Below the pieces are notes generated by a model. That model was not told where the DNA came from. It made no database searches and was given only the letters and a program-made list of their open reading frames with translations. From Elusimicrobiota bacterium (GTDB taxonomy: Bacteria; Elusimicrobiota; Elusimicrobia; UBA1565; UBA9628): a DNA stretch of 16,000 bases. A program made the translations under genes and the position numbers. Positions 14,493 to 16,000 of this stretch are shown here, piece after piece. Where the stretch lies: positions 1 to 16,000 of the forward strand of contig DAHVNA010000039.1 in NCBI GenBank assembly GCA_027319565.1. The letters are read 5' to 3'. Every line of letters starts with the position of its first letter. Position 1 is the stretch's first letter.

Positions 14493-15908
14493 CTATATCT
14501 TGTTAATTTGCCGCTCTCGCGCGATGGCCAAGGCCTTGGCGGGAACGTTTTCGGTAATGGTCGAGCCCGCGGCAATTCGGGCATAACGCCCGACCTTGAC
14601 CGGAGCGACCAGGTTGACATTGGAGCCGACAAACGCGCCGGTCTCGACCACGGTCTGATTTTTCTTCTTTCCGTCGAAATTGCAGGTAATGGTTCCCGCG
14701 CCGACATTGACCTCATCTCCGATCTCCGCATCCCCGATATAGCTGAGATGGCTGACCTTGGAGCCCATTCCGATCCGGGAAGCCTTGATCTCGCTAAAAT
14801 TGCCGACGCGGGCTTTGGGGCCGACGACGGAATCGGGCCGAATATGAGAAAAGGGCCCGATTTCGCTTTTTTCCAAAATCCGGCAGGAATCAAGCCGGGA
14901 CATTTCGATCTCGCATTCCGATCCAATTTCCACATTGGAAAGCCTTGAAAACGCGCCGATTCGGGTCTTTTTGCCGATTTTGCTTTTTCCCGATATAATG
15001 ACGAACGGCTCGATGACGACATCGCGAGCGATATTAACATCGCAATCGATATGGACGGACCCCGGATCTTTAATCGTAACTCCGGACAACATCAAACGCT
15101 CTAAAATACGGCGGTTCATGATGCGCTCGGCCGCCGCCAGCTGAACCCGGGTGTTGACCCCAAGGGCTTCTTCGGAGTTCGGGGTTAAATGGGCGGAAAT
15201 TCGTCCACCCTTGGAGCGCAGAATTTCAAGGATGTCGGTCAGGAAATGCTCTTTTTTCTCGCCCTTGGCCCCGATTTCTTTAAGGCCGTCAAGCAGGGCG
15301 CTGACTTCGAAAATATAGGATCCGGAATTAACTTCGCCGACCAAGGCTTCTTTCGGAGTGGCCACCGCTTCTTCGACGATTTTGAGAAATTCGCCCAAGG
15401 GACTTCTAATCACGCGCCCATAGCCTTTGGGGTTGGCGAGTTTCGCGCTTAAGAGAGTCGCTAAATTGCTATGCGCCTGGTGATTTTGGACGAGAGAATA
15501 GAGGCTCTCGTAGGTAATGAGCGGAGTGTCGGCGCAAAGAACGACGACCGATTTAAATTTTTTCAGAAACGGCAGGGCTTCCAGGACCGCGTTCCCGCTT
15601 CCCAAAAGTTTTTTCTGGAAAATAAACTGCGGCGGCTTTGAAATCGCGCAATCCTTAAACATCGCCGTCGCCGCTTTTTTGACGAGATCGGCCTGGTGAC
15701 CGATGACAATTCCGATGGCGGCCGGCTTTAAAGCCGAAGCGACGCGCAAAGCGTGAAAGAGCATGGGCCGCCCGCAAATGGGATGGAGCGCCTTGGGAAG
15801 ATCGGATTCCATTCTCGTTCCGCTTCCCGCGGCTAAAATCAATACCGCAATCTGGGAATTTTTAACGGGTTTGACGGGAACATCGTTGCGGCCATAGATA
15901 AAAGCCAT
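14493..15908 (-). CDS. glmU: Bifunctional UDP-N-acetylglucosamine pyrophosphorylase / glucosamine-1-phosphate N-acetyltransferase
   Basis: ILAAGSGTRMESDLPK, PKGYGRV, EVNSGSY, LGVN, hexapeptide repeats, IGPFSHIRP, GNFSEIK, HLSYIGDA and GAGTITCNFDG; GGAGG SD before ATG 15908. Confidence 0.96.
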   Translation of the reverse strand: MAFIYGRNDVPVKPVKNSQIAVLILAAGSGTRMESDLPKALHPICGRPMLFHALRVASALKPAAIGIVIGHQADLVKKAATAMFKDCAISKPPQFIFQKKLLGSGNAVLEALPFLKKFKSVVVLCADTPLITYESLYSLVQNHQAHSNLATLLSAKLANPKGYGRVIRSPLGEFLKIVEEAVATPKEALVGEVNSGSYIFEVSALLDGLKEIGAKGEKKEHFLTDILEILRSKGGRISAHLTPNSEEALGVNTRVQLAAAERIMNRRILERLMLSGVTIKDPGSVHIDCDVNIARDVVIEPFVIISGKSKIGKKTRIGAFSRLSNVEIGSECEIEMSRLDSCRILEKSEIGPFSHIRPDSVVGPKARVGNFSEIKASRIGMGSKVSHLSYIGDAEIGDEVNVGAGTITCNFDGKKKNQTVVETGAFVGSNVNLVAPVKVGRYARIAAGSTITENVPAKALAIARERQINKI

Positions 15909-15931
15909 TAGAGTCCTCCAGGGAAACCGCG

Positions 15932-16000
15932 CTCCCAGGCCTGGACTCGAACCAGGAATAACGGATTCAAAGTCCGCTGTGATACCATTTCACCACCTGG
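15932..16000 (-). tRNA. tRNA-Gln (anticodon TTG); about the first 2 nt lie outside the window, and CCA is not encoded
   Basis: Reverse complement reads CCAGGTGGTGAAATGGTATCACA GCGGA-CTTTGAA-TCCGT TATT CCTGG-TTCGAGT-CCAGG CCTGGGA G. Anticodon at 15970-15968. Usual position upstream of glmU/prs. Confidence 0.95.

Noticed and set aside
315..15699. Numerous short alternative-frame and antisense ORFs (e.g. 698-967, 6782-7252, 9733-10251, 11342-11878, 12080-12565, 14471-15040)
   Set aside because: They overlap well-supported genes and lack recognisable motifs; treated as shadow ORFs.

Overview
Bacterial chromosomal window from a diderm, since it carries Tol-Pal genes. Gene style loosely suggests Elusimicrobiota, but that cannot be confirmed from sequence alone. 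Left to right: (i) a minus-strand pal-cpoB-tolB cluster in non-canonical order, with tolB running off the window; (ii) a divergent three-gene plus-strand operon encoding a 299-aa protein with a degenerate acyl-carrier-protein-like N-terminus (MGIES61) and a coiled-coil tail, a PlsC-type acyltransferase fused to a 4'-phosphopantetheinyl transferase, and a FabD-like transacylase, with no ketosynthase in the window; (iii) a small accessory islet holding a type IV AbiEi/AbiEii toxin-antitoxin pair (with a clear sigma70 promoter and two palindromic operators) and an integrase core-binding-domain remnant, next to tRNA-Glu(CTC); (iv) class A PBP1A; (v) the housekeeping run tRNA-Gln(TTG)-glmU-prs-rplY-pth-small membrane protein-pmbA on the minus strand. 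The best candidate for an undescribed system is the carrier / acyltransferase-PPTase / FabD operon at 2346-5617.
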